Of a stretch of DNA of 40,577 nt, positions 8,429 through 18,182 are shown in pieces. The notes beneath the pieces are model-generated. The model ran no database searches. It had not been told where the DNA came from and was given only the letters and a program-made list of their open reading frames with translations. Origin of the DNA: Bacteroidales bacterium. Its GTDB lineage: Bacteria; Bacteroidota; Bacteroidia; Bacteroidales; UBA932. The first letter of the stretch is position 1, and each line of letters opens with the position of its first letter. Both the position numbers and the translations under genes were made by a program. The stretch is taken from the NCBI GenBank assembly GCA_041670905.1, contig JBAXYG010000001.1, forward strand, positions 1 to 40,577. Reading direction: 5' to 3'.

Positions 8429-10496
8429 TAAAGTCTTTCCAGATTGTAGATTCCTGATATAGAGTTAAACTGCTTGAAGGTACAATTAAGGTACATTTTG
8501 TCTTGTCCACTCCATAAAATGAATTATATGCAGCTGATGGTGGATTCACAGGATAGCATGTTATATTTGTAAGTGAGGAACAATTGTTGAATAATGCTGC
8601 TGTGAGTGTGGTTATGTTTACTGGAATATTAATGGACTGAAGTGCAGTGCAACCATCAAAAACTCCATTACCAAATTTGGTGAGATTTTTTGATAATATA
8701 ACTGAGGTAAGAGATGTACATCCACTAAAAGAGTAAAGTCCGATTTCGGTAAGAGCATCAGGGGTTAAGGCTTCTGTTAATGCTATACAATTTTGAAAAG
8801 CATAATTTCCGATATATACAGTTTTTGATGAGAGATTTATGCTTTCAAGTGCTATGCAGTTTTTGAACGTCTGTAATTCAATTCTAGTTACATTTTTAGG
8901 TATATTTATTGATTTAAGAGACGTGCAATCCAAAAAAGCTGATGCTCCGATAGATGTTACAGATGATCCTATCTCTATGTTAATAATACTTGTACAACCA
9001 GAAAAAGAGTTGTTACCTATACTCTTCAGGTTTGCCGGAAAATTGATTGAACTTAATCTCTGACAATTGGTGAAAGCAGAAGTATAAATATCAGTTAAGT
9101 TATCAGGTAAAATTACCGTGGACAGATTTATCATCCCTATTCCATTGGTGCTGAAAGCACTGTAAGGAATAACGGTAAGGTTAGTTCCACTGATATCTAG
9201 ATATTCAAGAGAAAGAAAATTAGTTTTAATTGTGGATATGTCGGTATTTGAAATTATTCCTGATAATATAAGTTTTTTTACTTTTAGATAGTCATCAGTA
9301 CTTATTTGTGTGGCTAGATCGCCTTGCTTTTGAGAGTTGATAAAAAACACACCATTGGCATCTTGCCTTAAATTTAATGTGTCGGAAATATACTTTGCTG
9401 TATTTTTAAAGACTATTTGTCCTGTACGGTAAAATTCAGTGTCGGAACCTTGAAAGAAATCAATACTAAGTTGTATAGTATTTGAAGTTATTCCTTTGGT
9501 TTCTACAATTGAAACCCAGTCAGATATATTTCCCAACATCTCAATACTGTATTCCAAATTTGAATTGACGGTTAAATCCAATAATTGAGCATCCCCATTC
9601 ACAGTAATATCATTATCAGTTAGATATATTGTATCAGTCTGTTCCTGGGATATTTTTAATGTATCGCCGAGATTGAGGGTATTATTTCTGATAATGACCG
9701 TTCCTTCTCTATTGTCAAAAGTAGTATTTTTCAATATTTGAAATTGTAATATATTGTTTGTTAGGGCTTTAGTGGTAATATTTTTGATCCAAGTGTCTGA
9801 ACCGGAAGGGATGGTTATTGTATAGTCTACATTGCTATTAACTTCAACTTCAATGTTTCCACCTTCTGTAGCAAGAGAAAATTGTGTATTATCAATAAAT
9901 ATTGCATTGTCCTGAATTTGTGTTACAAAAATGGTGTCAGTAATGGCTCCGGATGTAAAAGAGATTTTTCCAACTCTAGTAGAATATTGGTTAGGGTTTT
10001 CTGCTACATTGAAAGCTAAACTTTTACTTTGTAGAGCTTTTGTCTGTGTTATCCAGTCGCATTCTGATTTTACTGTATATGCGACATTTGACATAATGTC
10101 TACACTGATTACTCCACCTTTGCTTGATATTTCAAATTCTTTATCATGTATGATTATATCATTGTTCTGAGTTTGGGTTATTTCAATAGTGACGACTACA
10201 TTGTCAGCACTAATGGTGACTGTGCCTGTTTTTTCACCGTAGGAGAGATTTTGCCCAACTGTTATTGAAAATGTAGGAGCAAAATTATCTCCACTTTGCG
10301 GAGAAACCGTGATCCAACTATCACTAGCCGTTACTGTCCATAACCAGTTTGTTGTAAGGGTTATCACTTCTGTCCCTCCTTCAGCGGGAAAAGTAATATT
10401 AGTCTGATCAGCAGATAAATATGGATCAGGAGTGCATCTTGATAAACTAATCATCACGAGTGCAAGATAAAAAAATGCAACAAACTTCCTTTTCAT
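8409..10496 (-). CDS. surface lipoprotein with four BACON-like repeats and a C-terminal BspA-type leucine-rich-repeat domain
   Basis: Signal peptide ending ...ISLSRC. It has four ~85-90 aa repeats, each with the pattern F..EGG...V.V.SN..W/Y....DWI. The C-terminal half is ~23-aa LRR units (F.GC.SL.SI.IP..VT.IG). The 3' end overlaps the convergent M23 gene by 20 nt. Confidence 0.85.
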   Translation of the reverse strand: MKRKFVAFFYLALVMISLSRCTPDPYLSADQTNITFPAEGGTEVITLTTNWLWTVTASDSWITVSPQSGDNFAPTFSITVGQNLSYGEKTGTVTISADNVVVTIEITQTQNNDIIIHDKEFEISSKGGVISVDIMSNVAYTVKSECDWITQTKALQSKSLAFNVAENPNQYSTRVGKISFTSGAITDTIFVTQIQDNAIFIDNTQFSLATEGGNIEVEVNSNVDYTITIPSGSDTWIKNITTKALTNNILQFQILKNTTFDNREGTVIIRNNTLNLGDTLKISQEQTDTIYLTDNDITVNGDAQLLDLTVNSNLEYSIEMLGNISDWVSIVETKGITSNTIQLSIDFFQGSDTEFYRTGQIVFKNTAKYISDTLNLRQDANGVFFINSQKQGDLATQISTDDYLKVKKLILSGIISNTDISTIKTNFLSLEYLDISGTNLTVIPYSAFSTNGIGMINLSTVILPDNLTDIYTSAFTNCQRLSSINFPANLKSIGNNSFSGCTSIINIEIGSSVTSIGASAFLDCTSLKSINIPKNVTRIELQTFKNCIALESINLSSKTVYIGNYAFQNCIALTEALTPDALTEIGLYSFSGCTSLTSVILSKNLTKFGNGVFDGCTALQSINIPVNITTLTAALFNNCSSLTNITCYPVNPPSAAYNSFYGVDKTKCTLIVPSSSLTLYQESTIWKDFIIQAAQ

Positions 10497-10507
10497 AATT
10501 TTTTTAT

Positions 10508-10918
10508 TTATTTTTTCAATAAATCTCGTATTTCACGTAATAAAATAATCTCTTCAGATGTAGCAGGAGCAGCAGGTACTGCCGCTTTTTCCTTTTTTTG
10601 TTTTTCAGTAAATTTGTTTATCCCTTTAATCATAATGAATATCGCCCATGCAATAATCAAAAAGTCAAATACGACTTGGATAAAATTACCATAAGAAATA
10701 AAAATTTCCGGAGTAGTCTCTGTGGCTGTTCTTAACATAATCTTCCAACTTGTAAAATCTATTCCGCCAACAAGAACACTAATCAAGGGCATTATAATGT
10801 CACTTACAAGTGAAGATACTATTTTTCCAAAAGCAGCTCCAATGATTATTCCTATTGCCATATCGAGAACATTGCCTCGCATAGCAAAATTTTTGAATTC
10901 TTTGAGAAAATTTTTCAT
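10508..10918 (-). CDS. mscL: large-conductance mechanosensitive channel MscL
   Basis: 136 aa, starting [39 protein letters not shown], with two TM helices. Confidence 0.95.
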   Translation of the reverse strand: MKNFLKEFKNFAMRGNVLDMAIGIIIGAAFGKIVSSLVSDIIMPLISVLVGGIDFTSWKIMLRTATETTPEIFISYGNFIQVVFDFLIIAWAIFIMIKGINKFTEKQKKEKAAVPAAPATSEEIILLREIRDLLKK

Positions 10919-10944
10919 AATAAAAAGTAATAATGTTTCTTATA

Positions 10945-10952
10945 CAAAAATA
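10945..10952 (-). promoter_or_regulatory. -7 promoter box (TATTTTTG) upstream of mscL
   Basis: Exact TAnnTTTG match on the minus strand, 26 nt upstream of the mscL ATG. Confidence 0.35.
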
Positions 10953-10978
10953 AGTTTTTAATCAGAGAATATCAATTA

Positions 10979-11608
10979 CTATTTTACCCTGATGATATTT
11001 ATTCCATCTCTTACAGGCAATATTAAATTTTCCACACGTGGATTATTATAAATATACTCATTAAATTTCATTATCCCATGAGTTTGAGCATCATTATGAG
11101 GATTTTTGTCATATACTTTTCCATCCCAAAGGACATTGTCTGCGATAATAAATCCGCCTTTACAAACTTTGTCTATTACAAGATTAAAGTATTCAACATA
11201 TTCGCGTTTATTTGCATCAATATATACAAGATCGTATTTTCTGTTTAATGTTGAGATTATTTTTTTTGCATCGCCGAGATGCAGTTTTACTTTATTCTCT
11301 ATTCCCGCGCGTTTAAATCCCTCAATTATCAGATCTTCCAGCTCGTCATTTATTTCAATTGTATCAATTATTCCATCTTCGGAAAGCCCTGCAGATAAGC
11401 AAATGGCGGAATAACCAGTAAATGTGCCTAATTCTAGTATTGCATCTGGTTTTATCATTTGGGATATATTCTTCAATAATTTTCCCTGAATTTTACCGGA
11501 TAACATTCTCGCATGATTTGTTCTCAGATGTGTCTGTCTTTCCAGCCATTCAAGCACCTCTCCTTGCGGAGTTGAATAATCATTTATGTACTTCTGTTCT
11601 TCGGTCAT
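10979..11608 (-). CDS. class I SAM-dependent O-methyltransferase (family 3, caffeoyl-CoA OMT / YrrM-like)
   Basis: SAM motif ILELGTFTGYSAI and metal-binding-type DLVYIDANK. Length is 209 aa. Confidence 0.85.
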   Translation of the reverse strand: MTEEQKYINDYSTPQGEVLEWLERQTHLRTNHARMLSGKIQGKLLKNISQMIKPDAILELGTFTGYSAICLSAGLSEDGIIDTIEINDELEDLIIEGFKRAGIENKVKLHLGDAKKIISTLNRKYDLVYIDANKREYVEYFNLVIDKVCKGGFIIADNVLWDGKVYDKNPHNDAQTHGIMKFNEYIYNNPRVENLILPVRDGINIIRVK

Positions 11609-11609
11609 C

Positions 11610-12881
11610 CTATTTATATATTAATTTAGACAGCCTTTCCTCTGCAAATATTTCATTTGCAACCTCATAAATATCTGTTGAAGTTACATTTTCTATTTTT
11701 TTTCGTACTATTTCATCCGGAACTATTTCATTATATGAAAGCAAACTTTTACCCATGGAAAGGCACTGTACTTCTCCATTATCGGATGCAATAGCAATCT
11801 GTCCCAGTAATTGCTTTTTTGCAGCATTAAGAAAGTTTTCCGAAAGTTTTTTATTTCTTACTTTATTAATTTCCCTATTGACAAGATCTAGACATTTTTT
11901 AAGGTTGGACTTATCACAGCCGAAGTATAGCATTACGCTTCCTGTGTCTGAATATTGGGTATATGATGCTTCTGCATTATATACAAGTGCGCTTCTCTCT
12001 CTGAGAACCTGATTCAAAAGGGAATTAGATGAAGGCCCTCCCAAAATATTTGTAAGAAGAATCAATGGTACTCGTTTTTTTTCATATAGTGAATATGCCG
12101 ATGATCCTATGATACAATTTGTCTGATGATGTTTTTTGATAGATTCTTTAGTAAAAACCATACCTTTTGACAGACTATCCGAAAGAGGTGCTATAGCTTT
12201 GTTTTCAACTGGAAAAGAGGATTCTTTAAGTGGGAAAATATATTTTTTAAGAGAATTCATTACAAGTTTTTCGACTTTTTCCTGAGAAAGATCGGCAACT
12301 ATAGTGAAACTCATATTCTCCGGTATAAAAAAATCCTTTACATATTTGGTTATTACTTCAGATGATATTTTTTTTAGAGTTTTACTTCTTCCCAGAATTG
12401 ATTTTGAAAGAGGATTGTTGCCAAAAAGAAATTCCTCGAAATCATCAAAAATATACTCAGAAGGGGTATCTTTGTACATGTTAATCTCATCCAGAACTAC
12501 GGAGCGTTCTTTTTTTAACTCCTTAGGGGAAAAAGTTGAAGTAAATACAAGTTCAAAGAGAAGATCTATCGATTTTGAAATATCTTCTTTCAGTATGGTT
12601 GAATAAACTACAGTCTCCTCTTTTGTTGTATAGGCGTTCAGTTCTCCTCCGAGTTTTTCAAGTCTATTGTTTATGCTGATTGAGTTCCTTTTTTGTGTTC
12701 CTTTAAAGAGCATGTGCTCGGTAAAGTGTGCTAATCCGTTATATTCAATAGGTTCATTACGTGTCCCAGATTTTATACTGAGAGCGCAATAGGCAACGGG
12801 AGAATTATTTTTCTTAAAAGCGAATTTTAAACCGCAAGGGAAACGATTTATGTAATATGAGTTATAGCCGATTATCTGCAT
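11610..12881 (-). CDS. M16 family (insulinase/pitrilysin-like) zinc peptidase
   Basis: Inverted zinc motif HFTEHMLFKGT (HxxEH) near the N-terminus, and a length of 423 aa, typical of bacterial M16B. Confidence 0.87.
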   Translation of the reverse strand: MQIIGYNSYYINRFPCGLKFAFKKNNSPVAYCALSIKSGTRNEPIEYNGLAHFTEHMLFKGTQKRNSISINNRLEKLGGELNAYTTKEETVVYSTILKEDISKSIDLLFELVFTSTFSPKELKKERSVVLDEINMYKDTPSEYIFDDFEEFLFGNNPLSKSILGRSKTLKKISSEVITKYVKDFFIPENMSFTIVADLSQEKVEKLVMNSLKKYIFPLKESSFPVENKAIAPLSDSLSKGMVFTKESIKKHHQTNCIIGSSAYSLYEKKRVPLILLTNILGGPSSNSLLNQVLRERSALVYNAEASYTQYSDTGSVMLYFGCDKSNLKKCLDLVNREINKVRNKKLSENFLNAAKKQLLGQIAIASDNGEVQCLSMGKSLLSYNEIVPDEIVRKKIENVTSTDIYEVANEIFAEERLSKLIYK

Positions 12882-12922
12882 TTAAATCTGATTAGAATTC
12901 GGCAAAGTTAGAGAAATATTCC

Positions 12923-12930
12923 TACATTTG
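12923..12930 (+). promoter_or_regulatory. -7 promoter box (TACATTTG) only 5 nt upstream of the dnaX ATG
   Basis: Exact TAnnTTTG match. The spacing implies a leaderless or nearly leaderless mRNA. Confidence 0.4.
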
Positions 12931-12935
12931 TATCC

Positions 12936-14663
12936 ATGGGACAATTCATCGTATCAGCAAGAAAATACAGACCGAATAATTTTGAATCGTTAATCGGCCA
13001 GGAAAATATAGCCAGGACTCTCAAAAATTCAATTTTGAGAAATCAACTGGCTCATGCTTACTTATTTTGTGGCCCCAGAGGGGTTGGTAAAACAAGTACA
13101 GCAAGAATATTTGCAAAGACTATCAACTGTTATAATCCTTCTGAAGGGATGGAACCGTGTGGCAAGTGTGAATCTTGCCTTTCCTTCGCAGAAGGGCGCT
13201 CTTATAGTATACACGAGCTTGATGCTGCTTCAAATAATTCCGTTGAGGATATCCGAACTTTGACCGATCAGGTGCGAGTACCTCCTCAAATAGGAAAATA
13301 CAGCGTTTATATTATTGATGAAGTTCATATGCTATCGCAACAAGCTTTTAATGCTTTTTTAAAGACTCTTGAAGAGCCTCCTTCACATGCTATTTTTATT
13401 TTGGCAACTACTGAAAAACATAAAATATTGCCAACAATATTATCGCGTTGTCAGACATATGATTTTAATAGAATATCGGTAGATAATATTGTCAAGAACC
13501 TTACCTGCATTGCGCAAAAAGAGGGTGTGGATATTTCTTCTGATGCACTTCATATTATTGCACAAAAGGCTGATGGAGCTATGCGTGACGCTTTGACATT
13601 ATTTGACCAGACGGTCGCTTTTTGTGGTACGGACATAACATACGAGCATGTAATTAAGAATCTTAATGTGCTTGATTATGAATATTATTTCAGATTGACA
13701 TCAAATTTTCTTGCCGGAGATTACACTTCAGCAATGATTACGTTTGATGAAATTTTATCAAAAGGGTTTAATGCTCTTCATTTTATTTCCGGTTTGAGTT
13801 CTCATTTTAGAGATTTGTTGGTATGCAAGAATGATGCTTCTCAGACATTATTGGAACTTGCGCCTTCAATTGCACAGAGATATAAAAATGCGGCTGCTGA
13901 GTGTTCTCTTGATTTTCTTTATGAGGCTTTGAGTTATACAACCTCTTGTGAAGCTGGATATAAGACAAGTGGTAATCCACGATTATCCATAGAGTTTACA
14001 CTTTTGAAGTTGTCACAAATATTATACAGGCAGGCTGTCAGATTTGGATCTACATCTGTATCCACACAGCAGACGGCTAAAAAAATAGAGACTCAGCCTA
14101 CTTCTGTAGCTGTTGGACAAAAATCAGAGACAAGGCCCGAGTCGATAAAAGAAAAAATCGAGATACAGGATGATTTAAAGCAAGATAATTCTAAAAAGAC
14201 TCACATGACTGGTGGTCTTTCAATTAAGGCGATGATGAATAAAGTAAACCAGAGTAATTCTCCGGTTGAAAAAGTAGTAGAAGAGGAATATGAGATTAAT
14301 GAAGAGGACTTAAATAAAGCATGGATAAAATTGGCAGAGAGTGAAAGTGAAATGCCCAGACTTTCGTCGGCAATATTTCAAACCACTCCAATTTTGTTGG
14401 AAAATAAGACAGATATACTTTTCAGAGTAAGTAACGAATCACAAATACGATGGATTGAGAGGAATTGTTTGATGCGTATGGACCGTTTTTTGCGGGAGAC
14501 CCTGAAAAATAAAAAAATTAAATTAAAATTGGAATTACTTCTGACTGAAGACGGGTTAGATAAACAGAAGCTATATATGCCTTCCGAGAAAGCAAAGCAT
14601 ATGCTTGAAAACTCCGCTGAGCTAAGAGAATTACATAAAGACTTAGATTTAGAAACATCCTGA
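12936..14663 (+). CDS. dnaX: DNA polymerase III subunit gamma/tau
   Basis: Walker [10 protein letters not shown], Walker [10 protein letters not shown], zinc module CGKCESC, and sensor TILSRCQ. Confidence 0.95.
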   Translation: MGQFIVSARKYRPNNFESLIGQENIARTLKNSILRNQLAHAYLFCGPRGVGKTSTARIFAKTINCYNPSEGMEPCGKCESCLSFAEGRSYSIHELDAASNNSVEDIRTLTDQVRVPPQIGKYSVYIIDEVHMLSQQAFNAFLKTLEEPPSHAIFILATTEKHKILPTILSRCQTYDFNRISVDNIVKNLTCIAQKEGVDISSDALHIIAQKADGAMRDALTLFDQTVAFCGTDITYEHVIKNLNVLDYEYYFRLTSNFLAGDYTSAMITFDEILSKGFNALHFISGLSSHFRDLLVCKNDASQTLLELAPSIAQRYKNAAAECSLDFLYEALSYTTSCEAGYKTSGNPRLSIEFTLLKLSQILYRQAVRFGSTSVSTQQTAKKIETQPTSVAVGQKSETRPESIKEKIEIQDDLKQDNSKKTHMTGGLSIKAMMNKVNQSNSPVEKVVEEEYEINEEDLNKAWIKLAESESEMPRLSSAIFQTTPILLENKTDILFRVSNESQIRWIERNCLMRMDRFLRETLKNKKIKLKLELLLTEDGLDKQKLYMPSEKAKHMLENSAELRELHKDLDLETS

Positions 14664-14665
14664 AA

Positions 14666-15412
14666 ATGAAATTATTTTGCACAAATCTTGTAAAAAAATA
14701 CGGTGTTAGAACTGTAGTAAAAGGTGTTTCCATTGAGGTGGAACAAGGAGAGATTGTTGGCCTATTGGGACCTAACGGAGCCGGCAAGACAACAAGTTTC
14801 TATATGATTACCGGCCTTATCAAGCCTAATTCGGGAAAAATATTCTTGGATGAAGAGGACATAACTGAGTTACCAATGTATAAAAGAGCACAGAAGGGAC
14901 TTGGATACCTTGCACAAGAGGCTTCAGTCTTCAGAAGACTTAGTGTTGAGGATAACATTTCAGCGGTAATGGAGATGGCAGATTTTAATAAAAAAGAGCT
15001 TCAGGACAGACTTGAATCTCTTATCGATGAGTTTGGGCTGCAGAAAGTAAGAAAGAGCCTAGGTATACAACTTTCAGGTGGAGAAAGACGTCGTTGCGAA
15101 ATTGCCCGTGCATTGGCAATTGACCCTAAGTTTATACTTCTTGATGAACCTTTTGCCGGAGTAGATCCTATTGCGGTTGAGGATATTCAGCATATTATTT
15201 CAAAACTCAAGACAAAAAATATAGGTATAATCATAACAGATCATAATGTACATGAGACTCTAGCTATTACTGACAGAGCATACCTTTTATATGAGGGAAC
15301 TATTCTTGAAAGTGGAACAGCTGAAATGCTTGCGGCTAATCCTGAAGTACGTCGCAAATATCTTGGACAAAACTTTGAATTGAGAAAAGCCGTCCTTCAC
15401 GATAAAAAATAA
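14666..15412 (+). CDS. lptB: LPS export ABC transporter ATP-binding protein LptB
   Basis: [17 protein letters not shown] and [12 protein letters not shown] motifs in a 248-aa stand-alone NBD with an LptB-type C-terminus. Confidence 0.92.
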   Translation: MKLFCTNLVKKYGVRTVVKGVSIEVEQGEIVGLLGPNGAGKTTSFYMITGLIKPNSGKIFLDEEDITELPMYKRAQKGLGYLAQEASVFRRLSVEDNISAVMEMADFNKKELQDRLESLIDEFGLQKVRKSLGIQLSGGERRRCEIARALAIDPKFILLDEPFAGVDPIAVEDIQHIISKLKTKNIGIIITDHNVHETLAITDRAYLLYEGTILESGTAEMLAANPEVRRKYLGQNFELRKAVLHDKK

Positions 15413-15426
15413 TTTTTTTTTAAAAA

Positions 15427-15660
15427 TTATTTGCAAGGAGAGTTACAACATGAGCAGTCAAAAGGCTTATTGTTTTTATTTTTTTTGCCCCATATCTTAA
15501 TTTCTTCTTCTTTTGCACAAATTATTCCTCTCTTACGCATTTCTTTATTTTGGGAGATTTCACTATTGGGAAATTCTCCTCCCTTTTTGAAAATAATGTT
15601 GAAGCACATTCCAAAAATACAAAAAGCTATAATAATTATTGATGCTATTAATATTTCCAT
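15427..15660 (-). CDS. small membrane protein with C-terminal Cys cluster (hypothetical)
   Basis: One N-terminal TM helix (ILIASIIIIAFCIFGMCFNIIF), a basic linker, and a C-terminal ...FDCSCCNSPCK. I chose the start at M5 (15660), which lies 2 nt after the nadE stop. The track ORF starts at 15672. Confidence 0.45.
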   Translation of the reverse strand: MEILIASIIIIAFCIFGMCFNIIFKKGGEFPNSEISQNKEMRKRGIICAKEEEIKIWGKKNKNNKPFDCSCCNSPCK

Positions 15661-15662
15661 GT

Positions 15663-16502
15663 TTATATCCATTTTTCATTAGGTACAAGTGGCTTATCAC
15701 TAATCTTGATTACTTGCGGAATCTGATGTACTTTAAAAGAAGCTCCTTTCATTAGTTTTGATATCATTTTTAAAAGTTCTATGTCTGCGCCTTCTTCAAC
15801 TAAAGAATCAATGCTTTTTCCTTCTTCATTAAGAGAATGCAAAATTGGGTCCAAATCTTCATAAGCAGGGAGAGAATCACTATCTTTCTGACCCGGATGC
15901 AACTCTGCAGATGGAGCTTTTACCATTGTAGATATAGGGATTAATACATTATCAGCGTTAATATATGAAGCCAGTTCATATACTTGCAATTTGTATAAAT
16001 CGGCTATAACCATTAGTGCTCCACAAAGATCGCCATAGAGAGTTCCGTATCCTGAAAAAAGTTCACTTTTGTTTGAGGTATTCAGGAGCAATGCATCATA
16101 TTTGTTAGAATATGTCATCAATATGGTTCCTCTTATACGGGCCTGTAGATTTTCCTGTGCAACACCCCAAGTGTCATTATCAAAGAATGAAGCCATTTCG
16201 TGCATGATTTTATGATATATGCGTTCAATAGGTACTATATCATATTTAATACCTAAATTATTAGCCAGATCAACTGCATCGGAAACAGAATGAAAAGTGG
16301 AAAACTGTGAAGGCATCAGTATTCCATGAACATTATCAGTGCCGAGAGCTTCACATGCAAGGCATGTTACTACTGATGAGTCTATGCCACCTGAAAGTCC
16401 TATGACAGCCTTCTCTTTGTCTGCTTCTTTGAAAAAAACACGTATTTTATTCACAATAATATCGTGAACGGTTTCTATAGAAATATTGTTGTCTAGTATC
16501 AT
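15663..16502 (-). CDS. nadE: ammonia-dependent NAD+ synthetase
   Basis: PP-loop GLSGGIDSSV. The 279-aa length fits the single-domain NadE type. Confidence 0.9.
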   Translation of the reverse strand: MILDNNISIETVHDIIVNKIRVFFKEADKEKAVIGLSGGIDSSVVTCLACEALGTDNVHGILMPSQFSTFHSVSDAVDLANNLGIKYDIVPIERIYHKIMHEMASFFDNDTWGVAQENLQARIRGTILMTYSNKYDALLLNTSNKSELFSGYGTLYGDLCGALMVIADLYKLQVYELASYINADNVLIPISTMVKAPSAELHPGQKDSDSLPAYEDLDPILHSLNEEGKSIDSLVEEGADIELLKMISKLMKGASFKVHQIPQVIKISDKPLVPNEKWI

Positions 16503-16508
16503 ATTTAA

Positions 16509-17462
16509 TTAAAATACAAAAGTATCGCTTATAGGCTTGTAGTTGTATACTTTATCAATGACATCCGCAAATGTTTCGGCAACAGACAAGACTGTAAATT
16601 TTGAAGTATCTGTGTCCGGATCATTTTTTAAAGGAATAGTATCTGTAACAATAAATTCTTTTATTGCCGATTTAGAAACCTTATCATATGCGTTACCTGA
16701 AAGTACTGCATGTGTGCATACTGCACGTACACTCAAAGCTCCTCTTTCAATAAGCATATCGGCACATTTTGTAATTGTACCGGCTGTATCTACCATATCA
16801 TCTACAATAATTACATTTTTCCCTTCCACTTCACCGATGGCAGTCATTGATCCTACAATATTTGCTTTTTCGCGGGATTTATGGCAGATAATCATCGGAA
16901 CACCAAGAATCCTGGAGTATGCATTTGCTCTTTTTGCGCCACCCATATCAGGAGAAGCAATTGACATGTTTTCAATTTTTAAATCTCTTAAATAAGGAAG
17001 GAATATTGAACTGGCATATATGTGATCAACAGGAACATCAAAAAAACCTTGAATCTGATCGGCATGAAGGTCTGAAGTCATGACTCTGTCACAACCTGCT
17101 GCATGAAGCAAATTTGCAACTAATTTAGCTCCGATTGATACTCTGGGGCGATCTTTTCTATCCTGACGTGCCCATCCGAAATAAGGAATGACGGCAATAA
17201 CTTTGTAAGCGGATGCTCTGCGGGCTGCATCAATCATCAACAATAATTCAAAGAGATTATCCAAAGGGGGAAAAGTTGATTGTACTATGAAAACTGTCGC
17301 TCCTCTGACACTCTCAAGGTATGCAGGCTGAAATTCACCATCACTAAATACGGTTAATTCTGCTTGCCCTAATTCCATTTGAAGTTCCTTAGCTATTTTT
17401 TTAGCTAAATATCTAGATTCTCTACAGGAAAAAATTTTAATTTGATGATCATGTTGCTCCAT
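16509..17462 (-). CDS. prs: ribose-phosphate pyrophosphokinase
   Basis: DLHADQIQGFF and the PRPP-binding loop IIVDDMVDTAGT. Length is 317 aa. Confidence 0.96.
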   Translation of the reverse strand: MEQHDHQIKIFSCRESRYLAKKIAKELQMELGQAELTVFSDGEFQPAYLESVRGATVFIVQSTFPPLDNLFELLLMIDAARRASAYKVIAVIPYFGWARQDRKDRPRVSIGAKLVANLLHAAGCDRVMTSDLHADQIQGFFDVPVDHIYASSIFLPYLRDLKIENMSIASPDMGGAKRANAYSRILGVPMIICHKSREKANIVGSMTAIGEVEGKNVIIVDDMVDTAGTITKCADMLIERGALSVRAVCTHAVLSGNAYDKVSKSAIKEFIVTDTIPLKNDPDTDTSKFTVLSVAETFADVIDKVYNYKPISDTFVF

Positions 17463-17495
17463 GTCTGTTAGTTTATTAATTTATAATTTATATAT

Positions 17496-18098
17496 CTATT
17501 CAATTGTACTTTTCAGAATCTCGTTAATATAATTTAATATTTCATCTTTCCCTAACCCTGTCTCTGCAGAACTTAGAAAGGTAGGAGGTAATTCTTCCCA
17601 ATACTTTAAAAGTTCTTCTTTGTTTTTCTTTATTTGGGAATCCAAAACATTAGTTCCTGATTTGTCGCACTTGGTAAATATAATTGAAAAAGGAATTTGT
17701 GATTCTCCCAATTCAAAAAGAAAATCCAAATCAATTTTCTGAATATCATGTCTTGAATCAAGCAGAACGAATAATATAACCATCTCATTTGAAAGGTTAA
17801 CGTATTCTTTAATAACTTTTTCAAGTTTTTGCCGGGTAGTTTTGGATGCTTTTGCATAACCGTATCCAGGAAGATCAACTAAATACCAACTTTCATTTAT
17901 TAAAAAATGATTTACAAGTTGTGTTTTTCCCGGGGTTGAAGAAATATGAGCCAGATTTTTTTTATTGCATAAACAATTTATCAGGGAGGATTTGCCTACA
18001 TTCGAGCGTCCAATAAAGGCAAACTCAGGATGCAGCGCCTTAGGTTTCTGGGTAACACGTTCACTGCTACCAACAAAAAGTGCCTGATTAATGTTCAT
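17496..18098 (-). CDS. engB: ribosome-biogenesis GTPase YihA/EngB
   Basis: G1 GRSNVGKSSLIN, G3 DLPGYGYA, G4 TKCDK. Length is 200 aa. Confidence 0.93.
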   Translation of the reverse strand: MNINQALFVGSSERVTQKPKALHPEFAFIGRSNVGKSSLINCLCNKKNLAHISSTPGKTQLVNHFLINESWYLVDLPGYGYAKASKTTRQKLEKVIKEYVNLSNEMVILFVLLDSRHDIQKIDLDFLFELGESQIPFSIIFTKCDKSGTNVLDSQIKKNKEELLKYWEELPPTFLSSAETGLGKDEILNYINEILKSTIE

Positions 18099-18119
18099 TA
18101 GGAAATTTTTTATTTGTTA

Positions 18120-18127
18120 CAAAAGTA
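18120..18127 (-). promoter_or_regulatory. -7 promoter box (TACTTTTG) upstream of engB
   Basis: Exact TAnnTTTG match on the minus strand, 21 nt upstream of the ATG. A second match (TAACTTTG, 18135-18142) lies further upstream. Confidence 0.35.
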
Positions 18128-18169
18128 TGAAAATCAAAGTTAATAAGAGAAAAAATGTTCATTAAATAT

Positions 18170-18177
18170 TAACTTTG
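18170..18177 (+). promoter_or_regulatory. -7 promoter box (TAACTTTG) only 5 nt upstream of the xseA ATG
   Basis: Exact TAnnTTTG match with the same 5-nt spacing to the start codon as at dnaX. Confidence 0.4.
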
Positions 18178-18182
18178 TTAAA

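Noticed and set aside
14079-14085. A7 run (GCT AAA AAA ATA) about two-thirds into dnaX, considered as a programmed -1 frameshift site producing a gamma-like short product
   Set aside because: The heptamer is not in the X XXY YYZ register (a T precedes the Lys codons). The -1 frame stays open for about 29 codons rather than stopping promptly. I see no downstream stem-loop. A-runs are common in this AT-rich sequence.
15408-15431. Perfect 10-bp inverted repeat AATAATTTTT-tttt-AAAAATTATT between convergent lptB and the small Cys-rich ORF (possible bidirectional terminator)
   Set aside because: The stem is purely A/T with negligible predicted stability. It could function, but I cannot support calling it a terminator.
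16543-16995. 150-aa plus-strand ORF
   Set aside because: It is antisense to prs, whose identity is unambiguous. This is a shadow ORF.
17630-17878. 82-aa minus-strand ORF nested in engB in another frame
   Set aside because: It lies entirely inside the well-supported engB coding region and has no motifs.
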